Shown one piece after another: positions 27,621 through 36,999 of a DNA stretch of 64,000 bases. The translations under genes and the position numbers were made by a program. Positions within the stretch are counted from its first letter, which is position 1. Every line of letters starts with the position of its first letter. The notes beneath the pieces are model-generated. The model was not told the origin of the DNA, searched no databases, and saw only the letters and a program-made list of their open reading frames with translations. Location: the NCBI GenBank assembly GCA_964404255.1, contig CAYOJJ010000018.1:356-64355 (forward strand), in the 5' to 3' direction. This DNA comes from an uncultured Alphaproteobacteria bacterium (GTDB taxonomy: Bacteria > Bacteroidota > Ignavibacteria > Palsa-1295).

Positions 27621-28705
27621 TAGTTAATAGCCTTTCCAGTATAGCGTACTAATAATTTTGCAACGATATTTACCAGAAGCGTCACGACGAATAACGACAA
27701 TCCTATTTCGATCAGAGCCGAGCGATAGAGACCGGAGGCTTCCGCCAATTCGTTCGCTATGACGCTCGACATTGTATAGCCGGAATTGAAGAGCGACCAC
27801 GTAATTCTCGGAGAATTTCCGATCACCATTGTAACAGCCATCGTCTCTCCCAAGGCCCTTCCAAGACCAAGAATGATCGCGCCAATAAGACCGGAACGGG
27901 CATACGGCAACACGGCAAGGCGGATGGTTTGCCATTGGGTTGCTCCGAGTGCATAGGATGCATCACGAATGGTTCTTGGAATGGTACGAAGAATATCTCT
28001 CGAAACGGAAGTGATATAAGGGATGATCATTATTGCCAGAATGATGGAGGCGCTAAGCATATCATACCCATTCGGAGTATCGCCAAAGATCGGAATATGC
28101 GAAAGAAAAGAGTTCTTTGCAATTGGCGTCTCGAACCATTTCACTAAAAATGGCTGAAGAATAAAAATCCCCCACAGACCATACACGACACTTGGAATTG
28201 CCGCAAGCAGCTCAACCAGAAAGGATAATGGTTTATAAAGCCGGTTAGGGCAAAACTCCGATAGGAATACGGCCGTAAAGATACTTATCGGAACAGCGAT
28301 GATCAGTGCCCAGGCAGAGGAATATAACGTACCAAGGATGAATGGGAGAGCGCCGAAGTGCTCGCTGCCGGGATCCCATTTACTCTCGCTGAAAAAATGA
28401 AACCCGAAGGTACTAAGCGATGCGGTCGAGCCGGAAAGCAGTTCAACAAAGATGCCGAGAATAATTAATAATACGCTGAACGAGCATAAAAACAAGGCCG
28501 AATAATAAATACCATCGATGATCTTACTCGATACTTTACGCTCTTTAAAGGTTACTTTTTTCTGAGGATCGCTTCCCGATTGCTGCCATTTAGGACTGGA
28601 CCTTCTCGATTCGAAAATATGATTAAAAATGGTAATGGGGTTAGATGTTCGCCGAGGCTCCGGGGGCTGTAAAATGTCTTCCGCTCGTTTTATTGGTTCT
28701 TCCAT
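27620..28705 (-). CDS. pstC: Phosphate ABC transporter permease PstC (with ~70-aa N-terminal extension)
   Basis: IRDASYALGATQWQTIRLAVLPYARSGLIG..GRALGETMAVTMVIGN. A TAATG overlap links it to pstA. Confidence 0.85.
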   Translation of the reverse strand: MEEPIKRAEDILQPPEPRRTSNPITIFNHIFESRRSSPKWQQSGSDPQKKVTFKERKVSSKIIDGIYYSALFLCSFSVLLIILGIFVELLSGSTASLSTFGFHFFSESKWDPGSEHFGALPFILGTLYSSAWALIIAVPISIFTAVFLSEFCPNRLYKPLSFLVELLAAIPSVVYGLWGIFILQPFLVKWFETPIAKNSFLSHIPIFGDTPNGYDMLSASIILAIMIIPYITSVSRDILRTIPRTIRDASYALGATQWQTIRLAVLPYARSGLIGAIILGLGRALGETMAVTMVIGNSPRITWSLFNSGYTMSSVIANELAEASGLYRSALIEIGLSLFVVTLLVNIVAKLLVRYTGKAIN

Positions 28706-28848
28706 ACCTTGATTTTAATTAAGAATGGAGTAGAGTCAACGATAGCGAAAGCGGGGGTGGTTCGGTTCGAATATTATGTTACTGTTAATATATTGGAATC
28801 AAAATATTTTGGATGTGGGGACTATCGAAGCAAACTGCGGGAAAGGTG

Positions 28849-28922
28849 CGGAGCGGACGGGACTCGAACCCGCGACCTCCTACGTGACAGGCAGGCGTTC
28901 TAACCAGCTGAACTACCGCTCC
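28849..28922 (-). tRNA. tRNA-Asp (GTC)
   Basis: The 74-nt sequence folds by hand into a cloverleaf: acceptor GGAGCGG/CCGCTCC, D-arm GTTC..GAAC, anticodon loop CTGTCAC, T-arm GCGGG-TTCGAGT-CCCGT. CCA is not encoded. Confidence 0.9.
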
Positions 28923-28983
28923 ATCCGCACTCGTAAAAGTTGCGGGCTTATAACTATTATTACCTACCAGAAGTTCAATGATT

Positions 28984-30642
28984 TCACTCAAATCCTCCTA
29001 CTATTTGCCCGAGTGATTTTCGCAGGGAGAACCATAAGAATTGAAAAAATTCTTCCGGGGGCAGCCGTTTTCGGGTGGTAATGGCTGTTTTAGCAGGCTT
29101 TCCCTCCTTATCTATGTTATTCGACCGAATAACGAATATATTAGCCCAGGTTGTTTTCAACCTATCCCAAATAGTCCTGTTTTCTGAAGATTTTTTTGAT
29201 AAAAAGGTAATACTAAGGTCCTCGAACCTGGGGGTAACGGCTGTAGTAGCTGTTCCATTACGAACATGCATAATGATATCCCCGCTTATTACCTTCCCAG
29301 AAGCTACCTGAGTCCTATCGGTGTTAACAAGGTAGGAATTGATGGTTTTCCCGTCAAAGCCACCGATATGAGCTGCAATATCCATATCGAACGATGGCTT
29401 GGAAAGCGGATACTCAACTTCAGCTTTTAATGCTCCCTGCCCCTGAAAGAGCGTTTGCAAAGAGAAATGCACGGCATCAGAATCCATAGACACCGAAGAA
29501 TCAATAAGCAAAGGAGAGATCGTCAATTTCGTTTTCTCGAAGGTCAATTCCGAAAGATGAGGGCTTACGTTCGATTGCTCCCTAATATGGATAAATCCAT
29601 TAGGCAATCTCAACGAATCGGCATGGATAGGAAATCCTATCTTTCTCAGCAATTCATTTGGCATTGGTGCAGGCGGTGGATTTGGGTCCGAGGGCTTACG
29701 TTTATCCGAATAGTAATCGAACTTCCAGCTTTTGACACTTGCAGATCTGAATCGAATACTATTGAGCCGCAATAATTTAGTCAGATAGATCTGCTCCGCT
29801 TTAAGGCCTATACATTCTAAAAATAACCGTCCCCGATTATATTTATTTTTATTGGCAAAGGCCTGTTCGCTATAATTCGGCCGCAAACGCAATGTATCTA
29901 CGGAAAGCGATGAATCTTCAAATACGCCATTCAATCCTTTAATCTCCAGGGAATATATACTATCATCGAAGGTATATATGGCCTGCCGGGCATTTATATG
30001 AATACTCTTGGAAAAGAGCAGGTATTTATTCGTTTTCATGGTCATCGTATCGAGACCGAAACTTCCGATAGTCAGGCTTGTCCCTTTTAGTACTGTCCGC
30101 TGATGGCTGGTATCGCTCTCCATAACGATAGCTATATTACTCAGAAGAATACTATCAATGGCGATCGAAGGAAAAATATTTTTGATGGTGGGGAGAAATT
30201 GCGCGGTATCGAACTTATCAGAATAATGATCCGGATTACTATAAGTTGAAATATGTAATGACGGGTGATGGATTTCAAGCCTGTCGAGTTTTAACCCGTT
30301 TTTCCAAAGTATATCCCACCAGGAAATACCGCTAATACTAATGGTGTCGAGAAAACATTTTTTTATATAGAAGCCGGGTGTCAGGCTATCATATCTGACT
30401 CGGATAAGAACAACATGGCGGCAGGATAGAGAAGTAAAAGAATGGTCAATTTTTCCCAATATCAATTCATATTGGTAATGGGTCGCGCGACGTACCCACT
30501 CGGCAAGTTCAGGGCGGACGGTTTTATTGAGAATCCCATCGAGAAAAAATACAACAATAATGACTATTGTAAGAACAATGGCGCTAATGAATCCGGCTAC
30601 CCAGAGGAGAATCTTCTTTTTAAAAGACAATGGTTTACGCAT
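28984..30642 (-). CDS. Hypothetical membrane-anchored protein (AsmA/DUF748-like architecture suspected)
   Basis: A single N-terminal TM (LLWVAGFISAIVLTIVIIVVFFL) is followed by a long, predicted beta-rich region. The family call is tentative. Confidence 0.6.
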   Translation of the reverse strand: MRKPLSFKKKILLWVAGFISAIVLTIVIIVVFFLDGILNKTVRPELAEWVRRATHYQYELILGKIDHSFTSLSCRHVVLIRVRYDSLTPGFYIKKCFLDTISISGISWWDILWKNGLKLDRLEIHHPSLHISTYSNPDHYSDKFDTAQFLPTIKNIFPSIAIDSILLSNIAIVMESDTSHQRTVLKGTSLTIGSFGLDTMTMKTNKYLLFSKSIHINARQAIYTFDDSIYSLEIKGLNGVFEDSSLSVDTLRLRPNYSEQAFANKNKYNRGRLFLECIGLKAEQIYLTKLLRLNSIRFRSASVKSWKFDYYSDKRKPSDPNPPPAPMPNELLRKIGFPIHADSLRLPNGFIHIREQSNVSPHLSELTFEKTKLTISPLLIDSSVSMDSDAVHFSLQTLFQGQGALKAEVEYPLSKPSFDMDIAAHIGGFDGKTINSYLVNTDRTQVASGKVISGDIIMHVRNGTATTAVTPRFEDLSITFLSKKSSENRTIWDRLKTTWANIFVIRSNNIDKEGKPAKTAITTRKRLPPEEFFQFLWFSLRKSLGQIVGGFE

Positions 30643-30684
30643 GTTATTCCATCTATTGATACGGAATAACCTGCCATAGGGGTT

Positions 30685-31827
30685 TTAGCCCATCGTCCAG
30701 CAATTGGGAGCTACCATTAATTTCCGGCGGCGGCGCGGATCATCCATGCCGAGCCCATCGATGCTCATACTAATATCGGTAACGACCCATCCATCCTGAT
30801 AATAACTATGCTCTATAATTCCTTTTACGATCGGGGTACAATCTACCTGATTGATCTTATTGTGGAGTAGCTGCGGATGTGCAGCACCATTGGTACCTAA
30901 GCGCTCGGGGTTACCTTTGGTATAATCGGAAATGTACATAGCGACATCTCCCTTATTATAATAAAGAGTAACGGTTCTGGTAAGATCGTCGAGTAATTCG
31001 TATGGTTGGCCTTTTTCAAAGATATCGTCATCGACATCCGGGGCACAAAGGAATATATGCTCAAATATCCTTGGAAGGCTTTGAGTCGGGGTAAAATCGG
31101 CAATACGGGCTATCGCATTCTGCAGGACATAATTACCCATCGAGTGACATAACAGATGGATATTCTGATTACAAAGCTCCGGTGTCTCTCCATTGGCATC
31201 GGGGCGACGGAGCTTGATAAGATAATCGCGCAGTTTTAATATACCTCTTCCAAAAGCTTTGCCGGACGCCGCCGCTTCCGTACGATCGGATTTATAGGAG
31301 ACAAACGGAAGCGCCATACCGTCCGAAGGCCAGCTAAAGAGCACTACAATAGTCGGCATATCTGGGTTGCCGGTCTCGTCGTGATTTAAGGATTCCTGTA
31401 AAGCACAGGCCGAGCCGACCGCCGCATCCCAGGAGACATTAAAGCCATGAATATAGATAAGAACATTCTGCGATTGGAGCATCGCGGTGCGCAACTCCTC
31501 GAACATATCCAACGATCCGAGTTTTGCCCCCCGCTGTGCTACTTCCGATTTTGTTTTATCGATCGATTCCTCAAATGCTTTGATCGTTGCCGTCTTAGAA
31601 CACTTGGAAAAATAATCGGAAAGTTTTTCTCCATCACCGGGGCCGAAGCCACAATCTTTTTGCAATAAAGAATCTACGGTTGCTTCATCGGCCTGTAACA
31701 GTACTTTACCAAATCGGAGATTTTCAGTGCCGTCGTCACTGAATTTTGTACCATAGGAAGTGGGATTCCATTGATCGGGACCGAGGTGATTGCGATTGGT
31801 CGCATAATATAAAATAATCGTTTTCAT
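30685..31827 (-). CDS. DUF900-family alpha/beta hydrolase (esterase/lipase-like)
   Basis: N-terminal ILYYATNRN, YIHGFNVSWD, and nucleophile elbow LLCHSMGNYV are typical of PF05990-like hydrolases. Confidence 0.7.
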   Translation of the reverse strand: MKTIILYYATNRNHLGPDQWNPTSYGTKFSDDGTENLRFGKVLLQADEATVDSLLQKDCGFGPGDGEKLSDYFSKCSKTATIKAFEESIDKTKSEVAQRGAKLGSLDMFEELRTAMLQSQNVLIYIHGFNVSWDAAVGSACALQESLNHDETGNPDMPTIVVLFSWPSDGMALPFVSYKSDRTEAAASGKAFGRGILKLRDYLIKLRRPDANGETPELCNQNIHLLCHSMGNYVLQNAIARIADFTPTQSLPRIFEHIFLCAPDVDDDIFEKGQPYELLDDLTRTVTLYYNKGDVAMYISDYTKGNPERLGTNGAAHPQLLHNKINQVDCTPIVKGIIEHSYYQDGWVVTDISMSIDGLGMDDPRRRRKLMVAPNCWTMG

Positions 31828-31856
31828 AAGGCGACTTTAGGATGATCTTTTGAGAG

Positions 31857-31929
31857 TGGAGCTGAGGGGACTCGAACCCCTCACCTTTTGAATGCCATTC
31901 AAACGCTCTACCAGATGAGCTACAGCCCC
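31857..31929 (-). tRNA. tRNA-Ala (GGC)
   Basis: 73-nt cloverleaf: acceptor GGGGCTG/CAGCTCC with the G3:U70 Ala identity pair, anticodon loop ATGGCAT, T-arm AGGGG-TTCGAGT-CCCCT. Confidence 0.9.
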
Positions 31930-32011
31930 GGCTTTCGCACTGGTGAAAGTGCGCGTCTTAAACCTGTTTACGGCTATAGAGGGTTCCCGTAACCTTATGG
32001 TGGCTTGCTTC

Positions 32012-33592
32012 TCAGGCATTCCAAAACTGACGGTCAAGACTTCGGTATTGGATGGCTTCGGATAAATGCGGTATCTCGATCGACGGGCTCCCGGCGAGAT
32101 CCGCAATAGTACGCGCAACTTTGAGGATACGGTCATAGGCTCGGGCAGAATGCCCCATTTTCGTCATCGCCTTTTTCAGCAATTCCCTGCCGGCCTCATT
32201 TATTTCACAATATTGCTGAATAAGGCTCGGATTAAGATCGGCATTTTTGAAAACTTTTTGCTTCGGATTCTTTTCGTTATGCTCGTTATACCGGTCAACT
32301 TGAAGCTGTCTTGCCTGCAGTACCCTATCTCTGATTTGTTTCGATGGCTCTCCAGAGGCCTTCTTTTGCAGTTCTTCGATCTTCACGCTCGGCACTTCGA
32401 TATGAATATCTATTCTATCGAGCAGCGGGCCGGATATCTTGCTCATATATCGCGAGCGCATCTGTTCGGTACAGGTACATTGATGCAGCGATGAACCGAA
32501 ATTGCCACATGGGCAGGGATTCATAGCGCACATCAGCATAAAATTAGCCGGATATTCAACCGTTAGTTTTACCCTGGAGATCGTCACCCTTCCATCTTCG
32601 AGCGGCTGGCGTAATACCTCTAAGACATTCCGTTGAAATTCGGGAAGCTCATCGAGGAACAATACCCCGTGATGAGCAAGGGAAATCTCCCCGGGACGAA
32701 TATTATTCATTCCACCGCCGACAAGTGCCGCATCGGAAATAGTATGATGGGGCGAACGGAATGGGCGGCTCGTGAGCATCGGTATATCAGCCGGTAAGAT
32801 GCCCGAGACCGAATGGATCTTCGTCGTTTCCAACGCTTCATCGAATGTAAGCGGAGGTAATACCGAAGGAAAGCGTTTGGCAAGCATACTCTTTCCGGAG
32901 CCGGGCGAACCGATCATGATAACATTATGACCGCCGGCAGCAGCGACTTCAAGTGCCCGCTTGACCGTCTCCTGGCCTTTTACTTCTGCAAAATCGAGTA
33001 ACGATTGATCCAGGCGGCGCTTAAATAATTGATCGACATCGATCTTCGAAGCTTCAAGTACGGCTGTTCCGTTAAGAAATTCTACTGCTTCGCGAAGCGA
33101 AGTGACACCATAGATCTCAAGCTCCGGTACCAGGGCTGCTTCGGCGGCATTTTCCAACGGAAGAATGATCCCTTTCAGGTTGGGCTGCTGCTTACGTAGT
33201 TCTCTTGCATGCAGTGCAACATTCAGGGCGCCATGGATCGGGCGGACGGCTCCATCGAGAGCTAATTCGCCGAGCAGAAGATATTGCTTCAGGATCTCGG
33301 AATCGATATTCCCCGCTGCAGCGAGTAGGCCCAATGCTATTGGCAGATCGAAAGCGCTACCTTCCTTGCGAATATCGGCCGGAGCAAGATTGATGGTGAT
33401 ACGTTTTGAAAAATCGAACGCAAGCCCGGAGTTCTTCATTGCTGCCTGTACGCGCTCCTTACTTTCACGAACGGCAGAATCGGGCAATCCTACCATTGCA
33501 AAGTTTGGAGACATATTTTCGATGTGGCTTTCGATCTCTACTGTGTAAGCTTCAATTCCCTGAGTCGTGGCCGAGTAGCAGCGTGAGAACAT
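32012..33592 (-). CDS. comM: YifB/ComM-family Mg-chelatase-like ATPase
   Basis: Lon-protease-like N-terminal domain, Walker A GSPGSGKS, LFLDELPEF, zinc-ribbon-like CPCGNFGS..CTC, and a C-terminal ChlI-like helix bundle. Confidence 0.9.
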   Translation of the reverse strand: MFSRCYSATTQGIEAYTVEIESHIENMSPNFAMVGLPDSAVRESKERVQAAMKNSGLAFDFSKRITINLAPADIRKEGSAFDLPIALGLLAAAGNIDSEILKQYLLLGELALDGAVRPIHGALNVALHARELRKQQPNLKGIILPLENAAEAALVPELEIYGVTSLREAVEFLNGTAVLEASKIDVDQLFKRRLDQSLLDFAEVKGQETVKRALEVAAAGGHNVIMIGSPGSGKSMLAKRFPSVLPPLTFDEALETTKIHSVSGILPADIPMLTSRPFRSPHHTISDAALVGGGMNNIRPGEISLAHHGVLFLDELPEFQRNVLEVLRQPLEDGRVTISRVKLTVEYPANFMLMCAMNPCPCGNFGSSLHQCTCTEQMRSRYMSKISGPLLDRIDIHIEVPSVKIEELQKKASGEPSKQIRDRVLQARQLQVDRYNEHNEKNPKQKVFKNADLNPSLIQQYCEINEAGRELLKKAMTKMGHSARAYDRILKVARTIADLAGSPSIEIPHLSEAIQYRSLDRQFWNA

Positions 33593-33657
33593 CCTGATAG
33601 GTGCCTATAATTAATAGGTCTAAAATACGAAACTGCGGTCTGAGTACGGAGAAAGGT

Positions 33658-35637
33658 TTAGTGTTTGATGGATGCAACCGTACGGCGTTCGGTAGTACCG
33701 ATCACAGCTTCCACGCTATCTTTAGGTACTTCTTCTTCTTTAGGTTTTGCGGGAATGGCTGTTTTCTTGGCATACTTTGCCTGCCGGTATTTTTCGTATT
33801 CAGGGGTATTAGGTAGAATGGTAGGCTTGGGATCTTCCCGGTCACGATATAAATAGTATTTTATAAGTTTGCGGGCAATAGGTGCAGATACAGAACCTCC
33901 AAAACCGGCATTTTCAACCATCACGCACATCGCGATCTTCGGATGATCGAACGGAGCAAAACAAATGAACCAGGCGTGGTCTTTGCCATGCGGGTTCTGA
34001 GCCGTACCGGTTTTTCCGGCGATCTTGCAATCATGCGGGCCGGGCGTTTCGGCAGAATGAGCCGTGCCACCGCCTTCGTGAACAACACCCCACATCCCAT
34101 TGCGAACGGTCTCGATAATAGTATCGGCAATGGCTACTTTTCTTTTTTTCGGTTCGACTGTTTCCCAAATCGCCGTTTTCGGATTAAAGATGGCTCGCGC
34201 AGCATGAGGCTGTACCCATACGCCATGATTTGCCCATGTCGCTGCGTAAGCCGCTTGTTGCAATGGCGTCACCCCGATTTCTCCCTGGCCAATACCCTGG
34301 CTAACAACATATCCTTTTGTCCAGCCTTTTGGGTACCACTTATTCATGCGGGCCGTGTTCGGTATCATTCCGCTTCCTTCAAAGCCGATATCGGCACCGG
34401 TCGGTTGGTCAAAACCGAATTCCCGGGCATATTTCCACATGGAGTCGATACCGAGCATGAGGATCGTGCGGTAATAGAACACGTCGCAGGAGGCAACGAT
34501 GGAACGGTGAATATCGGTAAAGCCGTGTACTGCATCATCATGATAAGTGTGATCGCCGAAAGTGAACGAGCCGGGGCAGCTTATCGAAAAATTCATCGGG
34601 ATCGTTTTTGTCTGCATTGCTGCTGCAGCCATCATCAGTTTCCAGGTCGATCCCGGTGGATAGCGGGTCTGGGTAGCTCGATTGTACAGTGGATGGGCGG
34701 GATCGAGCATTACTTCCTGATACTCTGCTTTCGATGTTCTGCCGCTAAAAATATCAAGGTCAAAATCCGGCTTGCTTACCAGTGATAAGATCTCTCCGGT
34801 ATTGGGGTCGAGCGCTACAACGGCCCCATGCATTCCTTCGAGCAGTTGTTCGGCATATTCCTGCAATTCGATATCCATACCAAGCTGAATGCTTTGGCCA
34901 TCGGTGGAATTAACATCGGCTTGCCCCTGCTTGAATCGTGCCTGACGCTGACCACGGGCATCGACGGCAACATATTCATAGCCTTTTATTCCCCGTAATT
35001 CTTTTTCATGGTAGGCTTCAAAACCCGAAGTACCGATCACATCGCCAGGATGGTAGTATTCACTATCGGCCGTCCCTTCGAGATCTTCGAGCTTCTTTTC
35101 TGAAATTTCTTTGGTATATCCAAGCAGATGAGAGGCGCGAACGGGAGCCACATATTGCCGTTTCGATTCAAAGGTAATATCGATACCCGGCAGGTCGCTT
35201 GCCCGCTCCTGAATAGCAGCAATCATCCGCGGGTCAAGATCGCTGATGATCTTAACTGGCTGGAATTTGGTATAGAATCCGGATTGGTTTAATTTATTTA
35301 AAATATAGTTGGTATCGACACCGATAAGCTTTGCCAGTAACGGTAGCGTGGTCTTTTTATAGGGCTGGAAGTCTTGCGGAGTAATGGTCAGCGCATACGA
35401 AGGAATGCTGGCGGCGATCACAGCGCCAAAGCGGTCATAAATAGCTCCGCGAACCGGGATGCGTTCGATGCGCTTGATCCCCTGCGCGCTGGCAGCTCCG
35501 CGAAGTTCGGCCCCTTCCAAGAGTTGTAATTGGACGAACCGGAATATGAAACCACCAAAAACTAAGGCAATAATAACGGCAAGTATCCGGCGCCTGGTCG
35601 GGGAAGCGAATTCATGATCGGAAAAGAAATCAAACAT
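33658..35637 (-). CDS. mrdA: Penicillin-binding protein 2 (peptidoglycan D,D-transpeptidase)
   Basis: N-terminal TM, SxxK (STWK), SxN-like region, and KTGTAQ motif. Confidence 0.85.
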   Translation of the reverse strand: MFDFFSDHEFASPTRRRILAVIIALVFGGFIFRFVQLQLLEGAELRGAASAQGIKRIERIPVRGAIYDRFGAVIAASIPSYALTITPQDFQPYKKTTLPLLAKLIGVDTNYILNKLNQSGFYTKFQPVKIISDLDPRMIAAIQERASDLPGIDITFESKRQYVAPVRASHLLGYTKEISEKKLEDLEGTADSEYYHPGDVIGTSGFEAYHEKELRGIKGYEYVAVDARGQRQARFKQGQADVNSTDGQSIQLGMDIELQEYAEQLLEGMHGAVVALDPNTGEILSLVSKPDFDLDIFSGRTSKAEYQEVMLDPAHPLYNRATQTRYPPGSTWKLMMAAAAMQTKTIPMNFSISCPGSFTFGDHTYHDDAVHGFTDIHRSIVASCDVFYYRTILMLGIDSMWKYAREFGFDQPTGADIGFEGSGMIPNTARMNKWYPKGWTKGYVVSQGIGQGEIGVTPLQQAAYAATWANHGVWVQPHAARAIFNPKTAIWETVEPKKRKVAIADTIIETVRNGMWGVVHEGGGTAHSAETPGPHDCKIAGKTGTAQNPHGKDHAWFICFAPFDHPKIAMCVMVENAGFGGSVSAPIARKLIKYYLYRDREDPKPTILPNTPEYEKYRQAKYAKKTAIPAKPKEEEVPKDSVEAVIGTTERRTVASIKH

Positions 35638-35827
35638 TTCAGTTCTTGAAAAACGAGTGCAACCGAATGGCTTGTTCCGCGTATCGTTAACATTGTAGGA
35701 TATTTATAGACTTTTCTTAAATCTATCGATATCCAAATAAACGTACTTCTCTAAAATAGACGATTTATCGATGAAGCAGCATTTTCTTCGTATTTTAACC
35801 CCACGTTTTACCTTAGGAGGAGAGACT

Positions 35828-36190
35828 ATGAGACCGTTACTATGGATAGTATTGCTTTCTTTTTTTGCTATCACGGGATGCAATAAAGGAGATAATGATA
35901 ATTGGGTTGAAACAAAGGATGTTTCCGTCATGGCCTATAAATCGGACCCTGAAAATGGGAAGCAGTATCTCGATGTCATTTATGAAAATTCGGGCACTTA
36001 TAATATCAGTAAAGTTAAAGTCGAATTAGTAACCTATAAGGGTACCCAGGTCGATACTGTTGTTAAAGTCATTACCCCGACCGAAGTGCTTAAACCGAAA
36101 GATAAACACCTCGCTAAACGGCCTATCGGCGAACAACCGGCCACGTTCGATGAAGTAAAAGTCGGGCGGGTCTGGATAGTTAAGCAATAA
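35828..36190 (+). CDS. Hypothetical small lipoprotein
   Basis: MRPLLWIVLLSFFAITGC lipobox. SD GGAGGAG upstream of ATG 35828. Confidence 0.55.
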   Translation: MRPLLWIVLLSFFAITGCNKGDNDNWVETKDVSVMAYKSDPENGKQYLDVIYENSGTYNISKVKVELVTYKGTQVDTVVKVITPTEVLKPKDKHLAKRPIGEQPATFDEVKVGRVWIVKQ

Positions 36191-36264
36191 TACTATTTTC
36201 GGTATTCTCTGATCGCTACGTACGGTCCCGCTCTTGCCGTATTTTTGAGGCAAACGTTATCTCA

Positions 36265-36999
36265 ATGACCCAAACCTTTGTGTTCGATATTGAAACGGTG
36301 CCATTACCGTTCGATCAATCATTCGATGAAGTCCAGAAAGAATACCTTTTACGCGGACTAACCGAAGAAAAAGATATAGAGAATCAAAAGCGCTTCGGGG
36401 CTCTTAATCCACTGCTCGGCCGGATCGTATGTATCGGTATCTTTATTCCTGAGCTCAAGCGTGGAGTGGCTCTTTCTCTTGCCGATAGCGAGGCAGAAGA
36501 AACGATCGAATATAGCGATCATTCGGTGAAGTATCTTTCTTTTGCCGATGAAGCAGCGCTGATTACACACTTTTGGAAAGGGCTTGAGGCCCAACGATAT
36601 TCTTCGTATGTGACATTCAATGGCCGCAATTTCGATTGCCCGTTTCTTATGCTTCGCAGTGCTGCGCTCGGCGTCAGGCCAACGGTAAATTTAATGGCCG
36701 GAACCCGCTGGGCATTCCGGGTCGGAGGTAAAAATTATGAGGCCGATCATATCGATCTTGCCGATAAACTGGTCTTCGGTGCCGGCTTCGATAAGAATGG
36801 AGCAACCCGACGTTTTAACCTTGATTTTTATACTAAATCTTTCGGCATAAAATCTCCAAAAGCAGAAGGTGTTACCGGCTATGAAGTGCCGGAATATTTC
36901 GCCGAAGGTAAGATCAGGGAAATAGCCGAATATTGCGTCCGCGATGTGGTAGCAACGGCTGAATTATATGACCGCTGGAATACGTTATTGCGGTTCTAA
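36265..36999 (+). CDS. Predicted 3'-5' exonuclease, RNase H-like fold (PolB exonuclease-domain-like)
   Basis: ExoI-like FVFDIETVP at the N-terminus, TFNGRNFDCPFL, and C-terminal YCVRDVVAT (ExoIII-like). Confidence 0.65.
   Translation: MTQTFVFDIETVPLPFDQSFDEVQKEYLLRGLTEEKDIENQKRFGALNPLLGRIVCIGIFIPELKRGVALSLADSEAEETIEYSDHSVKYLSFADEAALITHFWKGLEAQRYSSYVTFNGRNFDCPFLMLRSAALGVRPTVNLMAGTRWAFRVGGKNYEADHIDLADKLVFGAGFDKNGATRRFNLDFYTKSFGIKSPKAEGVTGYEVPEYFAEGKIREIAEYCVRDVVATAELYDRWNTLLRF

Noticed and set aside
28745-28780. The sequence GCGGGGGTGGTTCGGTTCGAAT resembles a tRNA T-arm. It could be a tRNA remnant or att repeat next to tRNA-Asp.
   Set aside because: - The flanks do not pair into a T-stem or acceptor stem.
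- The orientation is opposite to tRNA-Asp.
- It does not match the 3' end of either tRNA in the window.
31837-32136. A 99-aa ORF covers tRNA-Ala and the 3' end of comM.
   Set aside because: It overlaps a well-formed tRNA gene and the comM coding end, so it is an artefact of open reading through the tRNA.
33943-34785. A 280-aa ORF lies antisense to mrdA. Similar long antisense ORFs occur at 45960-46691 (in gdh), 23999-24628 (in cmk), 53698-54321 (in pnp), 10095-10655 (in the STG-linker protein) and 23137-23598 (in E2).
   Set aside because: Each lies entirely within a confidently identified gene on the other strand. Their low-complexity or odd composition is typical of shadow ORFs, and there are no motifs or independent start signals.
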